From assembly GCA_944377305.1 (NCBI GenBank), contig CALWEL010000005.1, positions 5,149-69,148 of the forward strand: DNA of 64,000 nt, given 5' to 3'. This DNA comes from an uncultured Clostridia bacterium. Lineage in GTDB: Bacteria > Bacillota > Clostridia > Christensenellales > UBA1242. A program made the position numbers and the translations under genes. How positions within the stretch are numbered: the stretch's first letter is position 1; each line of letters starts with the position of its first letter. Under the pieces are notes generated by a model. It was not told the origin of the DNA, made no database searches, and was given only the letters and a program-made list of their open reading frames with translations. Of this stretch, positions 9,550 to 18,503 are shown one piece after another.

Positions 9550-11157
9550 ATGAACATAGTAAATTTTAGTTTGCTATGTAGCGTAAGTAATAGTTTAGCA
9601 ACCATTTTATCCATTGTTTTATTTTTGGTCGGTATAGGTATCGGAATAGGTGCAGGCTTCGGTATTTATGCCGTAGTTATGAATAAAAAATCTAAATCGG
9701 CTAAAAAAAATGCAGATAAAATACTAGAAGATGCTTATGCTCAAGCAGAAAAGATTAAAAAAGAGCAAGTTGAGCAAACCAACAAAGAAATTGGTATATT
9801 GAAATCAACTTTCGAGCAAGAAAACAAAGAACGCAGAGAAGAGGCAAAACGCAATGAGGAGCGATTATATGCTCGCGAAGAATTGTTATCTAAACGAGAG
9901 ACTGCTCTAGATAAAAAAACTGAAGAATTAGAGCAGGCAAAAGAACGTGTGCATAATCAAATCGAAGCTTTGGCAAGCAAAGAAAATACGCTTGACGAAA
10001 TGCAAGAAAATATTATCAAAGAACTTGAAAAAGTTAGTCAAATGACTAAAGATGAAGCAAAACAAGTAATTATTGATAGATATACTGATGAGGCAAAAAT
10101 AGATGCCATTAAAATTGCAAAAGAAATAGAAGACAATGCTATAAACGAAGCAGATAAAAAAGCAAGAAATATTATCACTTTAGCTATTCAAAAATGTGCC
10201 GCTGATCATACTAGTGAAGTGACCACAAGCACCGTTACGTTGCCCAATGAAGAGATGAAAGGTAGAATCATTGGTCGTGAAGGAAGGAATATACGTGCAC
10301 TAGAAGCGGCTACTGGAATTGATTTTATAGTAGACGACACTCCAGAAGCAATCACATTATCGGGATTTGATCCAGTTAGACGCGAAGTTGCTAGAATTGC
10401 ATTAGAAAAACTTATTTTAGATGGTAGAATTCATCCCGCAAGAATAGAAGAGTTAGTACAAAAAGCACAAAGAGATGTAGAGGAGACGATCAAAGAAGCA
10501 GGAGAAAACGCTTGCTTTGATGCGGACATTCACAATATTCATCCTGAAATTGTCAAAGTTTTAGGTCGATTAAAGTATCGTACAAGTTATGGTCAAAATG
10601 TATTAAATCATTCTCTTGAAGTTTCATATATTGCAGGAATGTTAGCGTCCGAAGTGGGAGCGAATGAAAAAGTTGCCAGAAGGGCAGGATTGCTTCACGA
10701 CATCGGCAAAGCTGTTGATCACGAAGTCGAAGGCACTCACGTAAGCATTGGTGTGGAGCTTGCTAGAAAATATAAAGAGAGTGAAGCAGTAATTCATTGT
10801 ATTGAAGCACATCATAATGATGTTGAACCTAAGACGCTTGAGGCTGTCTTGGTACAAGCTGCAGATGCTATCTCAAGTGCTAGACCAGGTGCTAGAAGAG
10901 AATCAATTGAAAATTATATCAAACGATTGCAAGATCTTGAGTCTATAGCAAATTCATTCGCTGGGGTAGAGAAAACTTATGCTATTCAAGCTGGACGTGA
11001 AATTCGTGTTATGGTCAAACCTGAACAAATCAGTGATGATGAAGCTCAAGTTTTAGCTCACGATATTGCAAAATCAATTGAAGCAAAACTAGAATATCCT
11101 GGACACATTAAAGTAAATGTAATTCGTGAATCGAGATTCACAGATACAGCAAAGTAG
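9550..11157 (+). CDS. rny: ribonuclease Y
   Basis: 535 aa; N-terminal TM, coiled coil, KH ([15 protein letters not shown]) and HD (LLHDIGK, HH) domains. Confidence 0.95.
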   Translation: MNIVNFSLLCSVSNSLATILSIVLFLVGIGIGIGAGFGIYAVVMNKKSKSAKKNADKILEDAYAQAEKIKKEQVEQTNKEIGILKSTFEQENKERREEAKRNEERLYAREELLSKRETALDKKTEELEQAKERVHNQIEALASKENTLDEMQENIIKELEKVSQMTKDEAKQVIIDRYTDEAKIDAIKIAKEIEDNAINEADKKARNIITLAIQKCAADHTSEVTTSTVTLPNEEMKGRIIGREGRNIRALEAATGIDFIVDDTPEAITLSGFDPVRREVARIALEKLILDGRIHPARIEELVQKAQRDVEETIKEAGENACFDADIHNIHPEIVKVLGRLKYRTSYGQNVLNHSLEVSYIAGMLASEVGANEKVARRAGLLHDIGKAVDHEVEGTHVSIGVELARKYKESEAVIHCIEAHHNDVEPKTLEAVLVQAADAISSARPGARRESIENYIKRLQDLESIANSFAGVEKTYAIQAGREIRVMVKPEQISDDEAQVLAHDIAKSIEAKLEYPGHIKVNVIRESRFTDTAK

Positions 11158-11166
11158 ATATATTTT

Positions 11167-11199
11167 AAAAATAGTCTTTTGAATTAGACTATTTTTTTC
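11167..11199 (+). terminator. intrinsic terminator after rny
   Basis: 9-bp stem AAATAGTCT / AGACTATTT, then T-run. Confidence 0.8.
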
Positions 11200-11340
11200 T
11201 TTATTTTATTAATGGATTAAAATGTTTGCCAAAATATTTTACTATAATTTGATCGTAAATGAGCCAATTTAATAGCAATTTTTTTGTATCAAATTTTACA
11301 TCAATATTTAAAATAAAACTCAATAAAATGTTATCTTTCC

Positions 11341-11369
11341 TTGACAATGTATTTTTTGTATAGTATAAT
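11341..11369 (+). promoter_or_regulatory. promoter TTGACA-17-TATAAT for tRNA-Trp
   Basis: consensus hexamers, 10 nt upstream of tRNA 5' end. Confidence 0.75.
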
Positions 11370-11378
11370 AACAAAGAT

Positions 11379-11453
11379 AGGGGAGTGGCTCAATGGTAGA
11401 GTAGCGGTCTCCAAAACCGTCGGTTGCGTGTTCGAATCGCGTCTCCCCTGCCA
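11379..11453 (+). tRNA. trnW: tRNA-Trp (anticodon CCA), CCA end encoded
   Basis: cloverleaf folded by eye: acceptor AGGGGAG/CTCCCCT, anticodon loop CTCCAAA, GTTCGAAT T-loop. Confidence 0.85.
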
Positions 11454-11603
11454 TAACTATAAATTTATATTCTATTTGAAGCATTCATATTAAATTGACA
11501 ATTTATATTCAAAATTAATAATTTTGAAACTGATAATTAATATGAGATTTTAATAATATAAAATATTTCAACAATTTAATGTATATCTTCAAATCTATTA
11601 TAT

Positions 11604-11640
11604 ATCCTTATTTATTTGACAAATAAGGATTGTTTTTTTA
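11604..11640 (+). terminator. hairpin + T-run, probable end of tRNA-Trp transcript
   Basis: 10-bp stem ATCCTTATTT / AAATAAGGAT followed by TGTTTTTTT. Confidence 0.6.
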
Positions 11641-11644
11641 TAAT
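11616..11644 (+). promoter_or_regulatory. promoter TTGACA-17-TATAAT, 7 nt before ATG 11652 (leaderless arrangement for rnhA)
   Basis: -35 in hairpin loop 11616..11621, -10 11639..11644; no SD. Confidence 0.5.
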
Positions 11645-11651
11645 AATGGTT

Positions 11652-12092
11652 ATGAAGAAGGTAACAATATATACAGATGGTGCGTGTAGCGGTAATCCTG
11701 GTGATGGAGGTTGGGGCGCTATATTATTTTATAAGGATGCAAAAAAAGAAATAAGTGGACATCAAGAAAATACCACAAACAATCAAATGGAATTGACTGC
11801 GGCTATCAAAGCCTTAGATTTATTAAAAGAACCTTGTCAGATTGATCTATACAGCGACAGCGCATATTTGATAAACGCATTTCGAGAAGATTGGATAACT
11901 AGATGGCAATTGAATGGATTTAGAAATAGCAACAAAAAACCAGTACAGAACTTAGAGTTATGGCATCAATTGATTGAATTAAATAATATGCACAAAATCA
12001 ATTGGATAAAAGTAAAAGGGCACGCAGATAATATATATAATAATAGATGCGATGAATTAGCTACTGGCGAAATAGCAAGGATGAAAAAATAG
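11652..12092 (+). CDS. rnhA: ribonuclease HI
   Basis: Start moved to MKKVTIYTDGACSGNPG; DEDD residues in TDGA, NNQMEL, SDSAY, NNRCDELA; alternative ATG 11646. Confidence 0.85.
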   Translation: MKKVTIYTDGACSGNPGDGGWGAILFYKDAKKEISGHQENTTNNQMELTAAIKALDLLKEPCQIDLYSDSAYLINAFREDWITRWQLNGFRNSNKKPVQNLELWHQLIELNNMHKINWIKVKGHADNIYNNRCDELATGEIARMKK

Positions 12093-12119
12093 GTAAATCA
12101 AATTGTTACCTATTTTTTT
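12085..12119. terminator. bidirectional terminator between rnhA and the convergent ABC permease
   Basis: 10-bp stem AAATAGGTAA / TTACCTATTT flanked by A-run and T-run. Confidence 0.75.
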
Positions 12120-12185
12120 ATAATACTAGCTGATATATAATTTAATTTGATTATTTAATCATTTATGAAAGACTATAATCCCAAA

Positions 12186-13937
12186 TTATAATTCCTTTTT
12201 CTTGAATAATATTGAACCTAAAACATTAGCAATAATTATAAATAACAAAGTAACAGATATAGTTAATCCGATATTCGTACCCGCATAAACTTTTGCGCCT
12301 AAAAGAATATTTAGGAAATTATCTGACAAAGCATAATTTGAACTACCAAAGAGCGAATATAGTGAAATATGAGAGAACGGATAATATGCAAGCCAACTAT
12401 TTATACCACCTGCAAATACTGGTAATAATGTATTTAGAAGATAGAGTACCAACATAATAGTGACTGCGAAAAGATCAGATTTAAATAGGCAAGATAACAG
12501 CATAGCAATTGAAGCATAAACCATCAATTCTAAGAACATACTCAATAGATAAATCAATAGCATCACAATAGGGTGCATAGTGATAGCAGTTGTACCATTA
12601 AATATTGTAAGAATAGTCAATGAATCAAAACCATACACCGCTCCGCCTACACACAAAGCAATTATTGCAGAAAATAAAATCATAATAATTGACATCAATA
12701 AGATAGCAAATAATTTACCGAAGAATAATTTTATTCTACCAACAGGGCGAATTGCCAGATATCTCATTGATCCTTCTTTTATTTCTCCTGCAATAGAGTG
12801 GCAAGCTGTCATCACTGCGTATACTATAATTATAAAAGAAAATAACTTTAAGATAAAATATGCATAGTCATATGCATTCGTTTCGTGATTTGATGTAACG
12901 CCAATTGTGAGAGGATGCGCATAATCATTTTCCGTCTTGCCATTTTCAAATAAATATGTATATCTAATTAATAATGAATCTGAATTGTATTGCGATTGAT
13001 TAGTTAAGTACATAAGATCTAGTTGATCATTGGTATTGACTACTGAAAAAGCATTTGACAATAATTCATAATTTACAAGATTAATAAAAGTATCCGCTGT
13101 ATTAATATATAAATTAATTAATCTTATCATCTCATCTTTTGAACTAATACTTTGATTTGTTTCTGAATCAAATTGTGCTAAATCTCTTAACTCATATATG
13201 TCTGTAATGATCTCTTGCATTCTAGCATTGATTGTTGAATATTTTGTTCCTTCTATGTTTGCTGAATAATCTTCAATAAAATCATCGCTTACATTAGGAT
13301 ATTTAAAATTGTCTATTGAACTGATAAATTCATCTTTAAAATTATCTTCGTATTCTTTGCATATCTCTGCAATGGTTGTCCTATTTGATTCAGTAACTGT
13401 AACATCAAAATTATTATACACATACTCATAATATTCTTCATAAGTGTTAAAATTTGAAGTAGTGGTAAGAATTGTATATGCTCCGTTTTGTGCATTGTTT
13501 ATACCTATATTGATTGCATTATTTAGATTGATTAAACTTTGCAACAAATTGGTTTTATTTGTACTAATCGTATTAGAACTAGATGAATCATAAGCGCAAT
13601 TCCTATAAGCCGAAAAGTTTGTCTCAAATTGATTAACTAATTCATTTATATGATCCTTAAATGTGACACCATTAATTCTATATAAAGTTACTGGGTAAGA
13701 AGCGTTCTCAATATTATCGTCTACATCATATTTGATACCAGCATTCAATCCACCATCAAATTGATTATAGATATCTAAAACGGTATCACCTTGTAAATTA
13801 ACCGAAGTATCTTGATATACTGTAGGTCTATATATAAAAACACCTAAAACTAATATTACTGCAAGCAAAATAGCCAGTATATAGATACCTGGCTTGGATA
13901 CCATTTTCTTTATCTCTGCTGAAACAACTTTAAACAT
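12186..13937 (-). CDS. ABC-2 type transporter permease with about 330-aa extracytoplasmic loop after TM1
   Basis: 583 aa; one N-terminal TM, long Asn/Tyr-rich soluble segment, then 5-6 TM; directly downstream of ABC ATPase. Confidence 0.7.
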   Translation of the reverse strand: MFKVVSAEIKKMVSKPGIYILAILLAVILVLGVFIYRPTVYQDTSVNLQGDTVLDIYNQFDGGLNAGIKYDVDDNIENASYPVTLYRINGVTFKDHINELVNQFETNFSAYRNCAYDSSSSNTISTNKTNLLQSLINLNNAINIGINNAQNGAYTILTTTSNFNTYEEYYEYVYNNFDVTVTESNRTTIAEICKEYEDNFKDEFISSIDNFKYPNVSDDFIEDYSANIEGTKYSTINARMQEIITDIYELRDLAQFDSETNQSISSKDEMIRLINLYINTADTFINLVNYELLSNAFSVVNTNDQLDLMYLTNQSQYNSDSLLIRYTYLFENGKTENDYAHPLTIGVTSNHETNAYDYAYFILKLFSFIIIVYAVMTACHSIAGEIKEGSMRYLAIRPVGRIKLFFGKLFAILLMSIIMILFSAIIALCVGGAVYGFDSLTILTIFNGTTAITMHPIVMLLIYLLSMFLELMVYASIAMLLSCLFKSDLFAVTIMLVLYLLNTLLPVFAGGINSWLAYYPFSHISLYSLFGSSNYALSDNFLNILLGAKVYAGTNIGLTISVTLLFIIIANVLGSILFKKKEL

Positions 13938-13944
13938 AATACTC

Positions 13945-14877
13945 CTAAACTATACTTGTAGATGGACGTTCACTATTTAGCAATTCAAAATACAATTCTT
14001 CTAATGATTTTTGAATCTTTTTCAGGCCATATATTTTAACTTTTTTGTAGGTCAAATAAGATACTACAACTGCAATATTTGCCTCTTTTAAAGGCAAAAT
14101 AACTGAATTCCCAACTACTTTTGAAGATATATTATATTTTTTCTTTAATATTAGTGCCGCATAATTAGGGTAATTACACATTAATTGTATACGCTGTCTA
14201 GATTCCACTATACTGTTAATTTCCTTCATTGTTTTATATTCAATAATTCTACCATTATTTATTAAACCAATGACATCACAAGTATGTTCTAACTCCGCAA
14301 GGTTATGACTCGATATAATTATTGCAATATTTTCTTTTTCTGCCAACACTTTGAGTATATTTCTCATCTCTACAATTCCATTAGGATCAAGTCCATTTGT
14401 AGGTTCGTCTAGTATCAGCAATTTTGGTTTATTTAAAAGCGCTTGAGCTATACCTAATCTTTGTTTCATACCGAGAGAGTAGGTAGATAATTTATCTTTT
14501 ATTCTATTTTCCATTCCAACAAGCTTCACAATCTCTGGGATTCTTTTAAGCGCAGCCTTGCCATAAAAGCCTGCAAATAATTTAAGATTTTTTAATCCTG
14601 ACAGATAAGTATAGAGTTGCGGGATTTCAACCACGGCTCCAACATTTGAAATAGCTCGCTCAAAACTTCTCTCTATACTATAACCACATATTCTTATACT
14701 ACCTTTACTAATAGGAGTGAGTCCAGTAATCATTCGTATTGTAGTAGATTTGCCAGCACCATTAGGACCAACAAATCCAAAAATTTGACCAGGGTAAAGA
14801 GAGAAGGTTACATTGTTTACAACCTTTTTTGTTCCATATATTTTGGTCAAGCCGTTTACACTCAATACTGGTATCAT
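13945..14877 (-). CDS. ABC transporter ATP-binding protein
   Basis: 310 aa; Walker A GPNGAGKST, signature LSLGMKQRL, Walker B LLILDEP. Confidence 0.9.
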   Translation of the reverse strand: MIPVLSVNGLTKIYGTKKVVNNVTFSLYPGQIFGFVGPNGAGKSTTIRMITGLTPISKGSIRICGYSIERSFERAISNVGAVVEIPQLYTYLSGLKNLKLFAGFYGKAALKRIPEIVKLVGMENRIKDKLSTYSLGMKQRLGIAQALLNKPKLLILDEPTNGLDPNGIVEMRNILKVLAEKENIAIIISSHNLAELEHTCDVIGLINNGRIIEYKTMKEINSIVESRQRIQLMCNYPNYAALILKKKYNISSKVVGNSVILPLKEANIAVVVSYLTYKKVKIYGLKKIQKSLEELYFELLNSERPSTSIV

Positions 14878-14885
14878 TAAAACTC

Positions 14886-16205
14886 CTATTTCTTAGATCT
14901 TTTGATAAATAAATATGTGAATACAATATCTGCAAACATTACAGTCGATAATATAATTGGAGCATATAAATTAGCAAAATTATTTATACTAAACATACTA
15001 TCCAACGTATTATTTCCAATATTCATATTTATGATTACACATATAACTATAATCAAAAATTCGATAGCGAGAGATATATATAATTGTTTTTTCAAATCCG
15101 GATTATATTTATTATTTTGAAGATACAACCTAAACCTATCATAAAAGCAAGCGTAAATTGAAGGATAAAATATAAGTACAAATAAAGCAATTAAAAAGAA
15201 TACATAGTATATTGGTTTAGTATTAGATTGAAACGAGGCAACCACAGATGAAATTATAATCATTACTAACAAATATAAAGTAGAAGCAAATATCTTATTT
15301 TTCATATTCTTAGCTGTATTTTTTGCATAAATATAATTTGCATTCGTTTTAAAGTCTACAAAATCAACATACTTAATTTTTTTGCAAAGTTCATTATTTA
15401 TATATGCATTATCATTTTCAAAATCAGATGTAATAGTCTCAGCTGATTTCTTTTCATAGAAATTATCAATTGATTGATGTGTTGTCTCATCAGAAGTATT
15501 TGTAGTAAATTGTTTTTTATATTCTTCTGAAATTATAGTAGATTCTTTTTTCGTAAATTTTGAGACATCTTTGTTCTCCGCGAATTTTTCTTCTACATTA
15601 ATCCTTTCATTTTTCAAAATTTCTGTATTCGATTGATTAATTTCCAATTCAGTAGCATTGTCAATATGATTGCCAGCAAACACTTCACTTGATGGCAAAA
15701 TAGACTCTTGAAGTGTAGGTGAGATATCGTTTTCGGTTTTAGCTTCTTCGTCTATTTGAGAACTATCATTGACTATACTATTCATTATTGATACAGCAGA
15801 ATATGTATTCGTATTAATCGTACTTGAGATATGATTATCTTTTTCCTCAGCTCTAGAAAAATTTCGTTCATCATCAAAATTATCTTTAAACGACAATTGA
15901 TCACCAGAACTATCCAAAACAATATTTTCAATTAATTTGTCATAATTAGGTAGGGTAGCAACTTGCATTTTACCATTTTCAGTGATTCGATAATAATGAC
16001 GTTTCCCTCCAATATCACTATCTTGCCAATACGAAGAAATAAATTTAGATTTCTCTAACTTTTTCAATATTGTGTAAAGAGTGGGCTGTTTTATTATGAT
16101 TTTTCCTTTAGATTTTGTTTCAATAGATTTAGTCAATTCAAAACCATATTTGTCACACTCATTTAATTCTAATAAAATCAATGGAATTAAATCTGCGGTT
16201 CTCAT
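14886..16205 (-). CDS. PadR-family wHTH regulator fused to a long acidic linker and a C-terminal multi-TM domain
   Basis: N-terminus LILLELNECDKYGFELTKSI...PTLYTILKKLE...YYRITENG is PadR-like; C-terminal 140 aa contain about 4 hydrophobic helices. Confidence 0.75.
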   Translation of the reverse strand: MRTADLIPLILLELNECDKYGFELTKSIETKSKGKIIIKQPTLYTILKKLEKSKFISSYWQDSDIGGKRHYYRITENGKMQVATLPNYDKLIENIVLDSSGDQLSFKDNFDDERNFSRAEEKDNHISSTINTNTYSAVSIMNSIVNDSSQIDEEAKTENDISPTLQESILPSSEVFAGNHIDNATELEINQSNTEILKNERINVEEKFAENKDVSKFTKKESTIISEEYKKQFTTNTSDETTHQSIDNFYEKKSAETITSDFENDNAYINNELCKKIKYVDFVDFKTNANYIYAKNTAKNMKNKIFASTLYLLVMIIISSVVASFQSNTKPIYYVFFLIALFVLIFYPSIYACFYDRFRLYLQNNKYNPDLKKQLYISLAIEFLIIVICVIINMNIGNNTLDSMFSINNFANLYAPIILSTVMFADIVFTYLFIKRSKK

Positions 16206-16229
16206 AATACCCCTTATATAATATATATT

Positions 16230-16258
16230 ATTATATATAAAAAAGCTGATTTAGTCAA
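16230..16258 (-). promoter_or_regulatory. promoter TTGACT-17-TATAAT for PadR-ABC operon
   Basis: read on minus strand; SD AAGGGG follows. Confidence 0.6.
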
Positions 16259-16261
16259 TAG

Positions 16262-16294
16262 AAATAAAAAATTTATGCTTAATCTAGCATAAAT
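16262..16294 (-). terminator. intrinsic terminator after lexA
   Basis: 9-bp stem ATTTATGCT / AGCATAAAT; T-run on minus strand. Confidence 0.75.
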
Positions 16295-16297
16295 CTT

Positions 16298-16882
16298 TTA
16301 AAATTTATTTCTAATCAATCCGACAACTTTCCCTAAAATTTCTACGTGATCAGTGATAATAGGACGCATTAATGAATTTTCTGGTTGCAAACGGAAATAG
16401 GCATTTTCTTTATAATATCGTTTTACAGTTGCTTCATTGTCGATCAAACACGCAACAATTTCTCCATTATTTGCTACTGATTGTTTGGATATCACAACAT
16501 AATCGTCATTATATATGCCTATATTGATCATACTGTCACCTTTGACTTTTAATATGAACATATTAGTACCAGAAAATAAATTTTCAGATACTATAACTTT
16601 ATCAAGCAAAGTCTCTTCGGCCAATATTGGTTGACCAGCCGCAATAACACCAACAACTGGTAGTGTGATATTGTTCATTGATTTATCTACCAATTCAATT
16701 GCTCGATTTTTATTGACTGAACGAGTTATTTTACCCATTTTTTCCAATTTTTTCAAATGATAAACCGCACTTGATGTTGAATCTAAATTTAGTTTATTGC
16801 AAATTTCTCTAATGGTAGGGGGGTATTTTTTATCTTCTAAATAAGAAACGATAAAATTATAAGTTTCTAACGTTTTATCCAT
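16298..16882 (-). CDS. lexA: LexA repressor (S24 peptidase)
   Basis: Start moved to MDKTLETYNF (RBS AGGAG 10 nt upstream); wHTH N-terminus, cleavage region VIAAGQP, VKGDSM and catalytic Lys region ATVKRY. Confidence 0.9.
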   Translation of the reverse strand: MDKTLETYNFIVSYLEDKKYPPTIREICNKLNLDSTSSAVYHLKKLEKMGKITRSVNKNRAIELVDKSMNNITLPVVGVIAAGQPILAEETLLDKVIVSENLFSGTNMFILKVKGDSMINIGIYNDDYVVISKQSVANNGEIVACLIDNEATVKRYYKENAYFRLQPENSLMRPIITDHVEILGKVVGLIRNKF

Positions 16883-16928
16883 AAATCTTAAACTCCTATT
16901 ATAGGATAACAAAATATAAAACATTTGT

Positions 16929-16942
16929 CAAACATTTGTTCG
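16929..16942 (-). promoter_or_regulatory. LexA (SOS) box CGAACAAATGTTTG upstream of lexA
   Basis: matches Firmicute GAAC-N4-GTTC type consensus at 13/14 vs CGAACNNNNGTTCG; 47 nt upstream of lexA start, overlaps a TTGACA. Confidence 0.6.
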
Positions 16943-17086
16943 ATATTTTTGATTTTTTTTACACAAAAAATAATTAATATAAGGTACAAAAATATTATTA
17001 AGATTATATTATAATAGTTATCAAATATTATCATACATCAAGATATAGTGTATATATACAAGATATTTACGCATAATATAGTGTAT

Positions 17087-18133
17087 CTAATCTTGATTTA
17101 ATTTTACTTTCCCCGCTACAGATCGCCTTATGTCTTCACTAATAGCTGCATAATGCTTTTTAGTAGTATTCACATCTTTGTGTCCTAAAACTTCTGCTAC
17201 AATGTATATATCTTTTGTTTGATTGTATAAATTGGTACCATAGGTTGATCGTAATTTATGTGGTGTAATATTTTTCAATGGAGTAGCTATTTTAGCATAT
17301 TTCTTTACTAAATATTCCACTGCGCGTACTCCTAAACGTTTTCCTTGACTAGATATAAAGAGTGCACGCTCTTCCTTTGGAAGGTTCAAACTTTCGCGAT
17401 AATGTAAATATCCTTTCAAAATATCTGCAGTTTCTTCACCAAAATATAAAATTACTTGATTACCTCCTTTTCTGGTCACACGAAAAGAATTTAGATTAAA
17501 ATTTATATCATCTATATTTAAGCCTACACATTCGCTAACACGTATACCTGTTGTCAAAAACAAGAATAATATTGCGTTATCACGAATTTTAAACTTTTCA
17601 TTATACTTTTGCTGATGATTTGAAAATCCTGATAGCGTGTCACAAGAGTAGAGTAATTCAGCTGTCTCTTGAGGTTCTAAGCGAATAATAGGTTTGTCGT
17701 GCAATTTCGGAGAAGAAACTTTTGAAGCAACGTTTGCTTTAATCATATCTTTATTAAATAGATATTTAAAAAATGCTCTGAGACTAGACAACTTCCTCAA
17801 TTTCCCACGTTCACCATTTGTAATGACTTCGCCATTGTCCTTGTCGTAATAAGATAAATAAGCCATATATCGTTCAATTAAATGTGAGTCTATTTTGTCA
17901 ACGTCATTAGTCGTGATATCCATTATTCTTTTATTGAAACATATTGTTTCATACGTCACTAGATAATTGAAAAATGTCTTTAAATCACTAGCATAATTTA
18001 ATCTTGTTAGTGGGGTAGTAGTGTCTTGAATCGAAATAAAAAATGTACTGCAAAAGGGCGGTAGTTCAGTCAATAGTTCATTTAATTTTCGCATATTTTT
18101 TCGATTTCTATCTAGATAATAATTATTTGACAT
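17087..18133 (-). CDS. tyrosine recombinase (Xer/phage-integrase family; XerS-like size and motifs)
   Basis: 348 aa; catalytic pattern R (TTGIRVSE), HKLRST (H-x-x-R), LGHKDVNTTKKHY (H...Y); VTRKGG motif; RBS GAGG. Confidence 0.85.
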   Translation of the reverse strand: MSNNYYLDRNRKNMRKLNELLTELPPFCSTFFISIQDTTTPLTRLNYASDLKTFFNYLVTYETICFNKRIMDITTNDVDKIDSHLIERYMAYLSYYDKDNGEVITNGERGKLRKLSSLRAFFKYLFNKDMIKANVASKVSSPKLHDKPIIRLEPQETAELLYSCDTLSGFSNHQQKYNEKFKIRDNAILFLFLTTGIRVSECVGLNIDDINFNLNSFRVTRKGGNQVILYFGEETADILKGYLHYRESLNLPKEERALFISSQGKRLGVRAVEYLVKKYAKIATPLKNITPHKLRSTYGTNLYNQTKDIYIVAEVLGHKDVNTTKKHYAAISEDIRRSVAGKVKLNQD

Positions 18134-18226
18134 ATCAATACCTCTTTATATATTAATTATTATATCAAATCTTTGCGTAAAAAACTAACATTTTTAAATA
18201 TTTTTATTATTTTTATTAAAAATAAG

Positions 18227-18255
18227 TTGACAAATTATTATCTTTAATTTACAAT
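18227..18255 (+). promoter_or_regulatory. promoter TTGACA-17-TACAAT for serS leader
   Basis: hexamers read directly. Confidence 0.65.
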
Positions 18256-18261
18256 TAATCT

Positions 18262-18487
18262 AGTTTAATATGTCGATGATAGGGACTAGCATATTATGAA
18301 AGTGCGAGAGAGTTTGCGGTTGGTGAAAGCAAATCACGGTAGTATTATGCGTCTACCCCTTAGACACTCGTTAACGCGAGGCTGATTGCATAGCACAATT
18401 TGCAAAAAAGAGTGGGGCGTTTTACGCTCAAATAGAGTGGCACAGTGGTAAATATCACCTCTAAAAATATGTGGGTGATATTTTTTG
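18262..18487 (+). promoter_or_regulatory. T-box leader (tRNA-Ser responsive) with terminator
   Basis: AGAGAG and GGTGAAAG stem I elements, candidate specifier TCT followed by A (about 18353..18356), T-box AATAGAGTGGCACAGTGG, terminator ATATCACC/GGTGATAT + T6 at 18452..18486. Confidence 0.8.
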
Positions 18488-18503
18488 TTTAAAAGGAGAA
18501 ATT

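Noticed and set aside
18471-18503. N-terminal extensions of ORF-track models: serS from GTG 18471, the desulfurase from TTG 7067, rnhA from 11616, lexA from 16924, miaA from 25363, miaB from 31216, murI from 36060, rpsT from 36055, spoIIIAC from 50419 and spoIIIAF from 48626.
   Set aside because: The extensions run through terminators, promoters or upstream genes and lack an RBS. Internal ATGs with an RBS, or with leaderless geometry, match the conserved protein N-termini.
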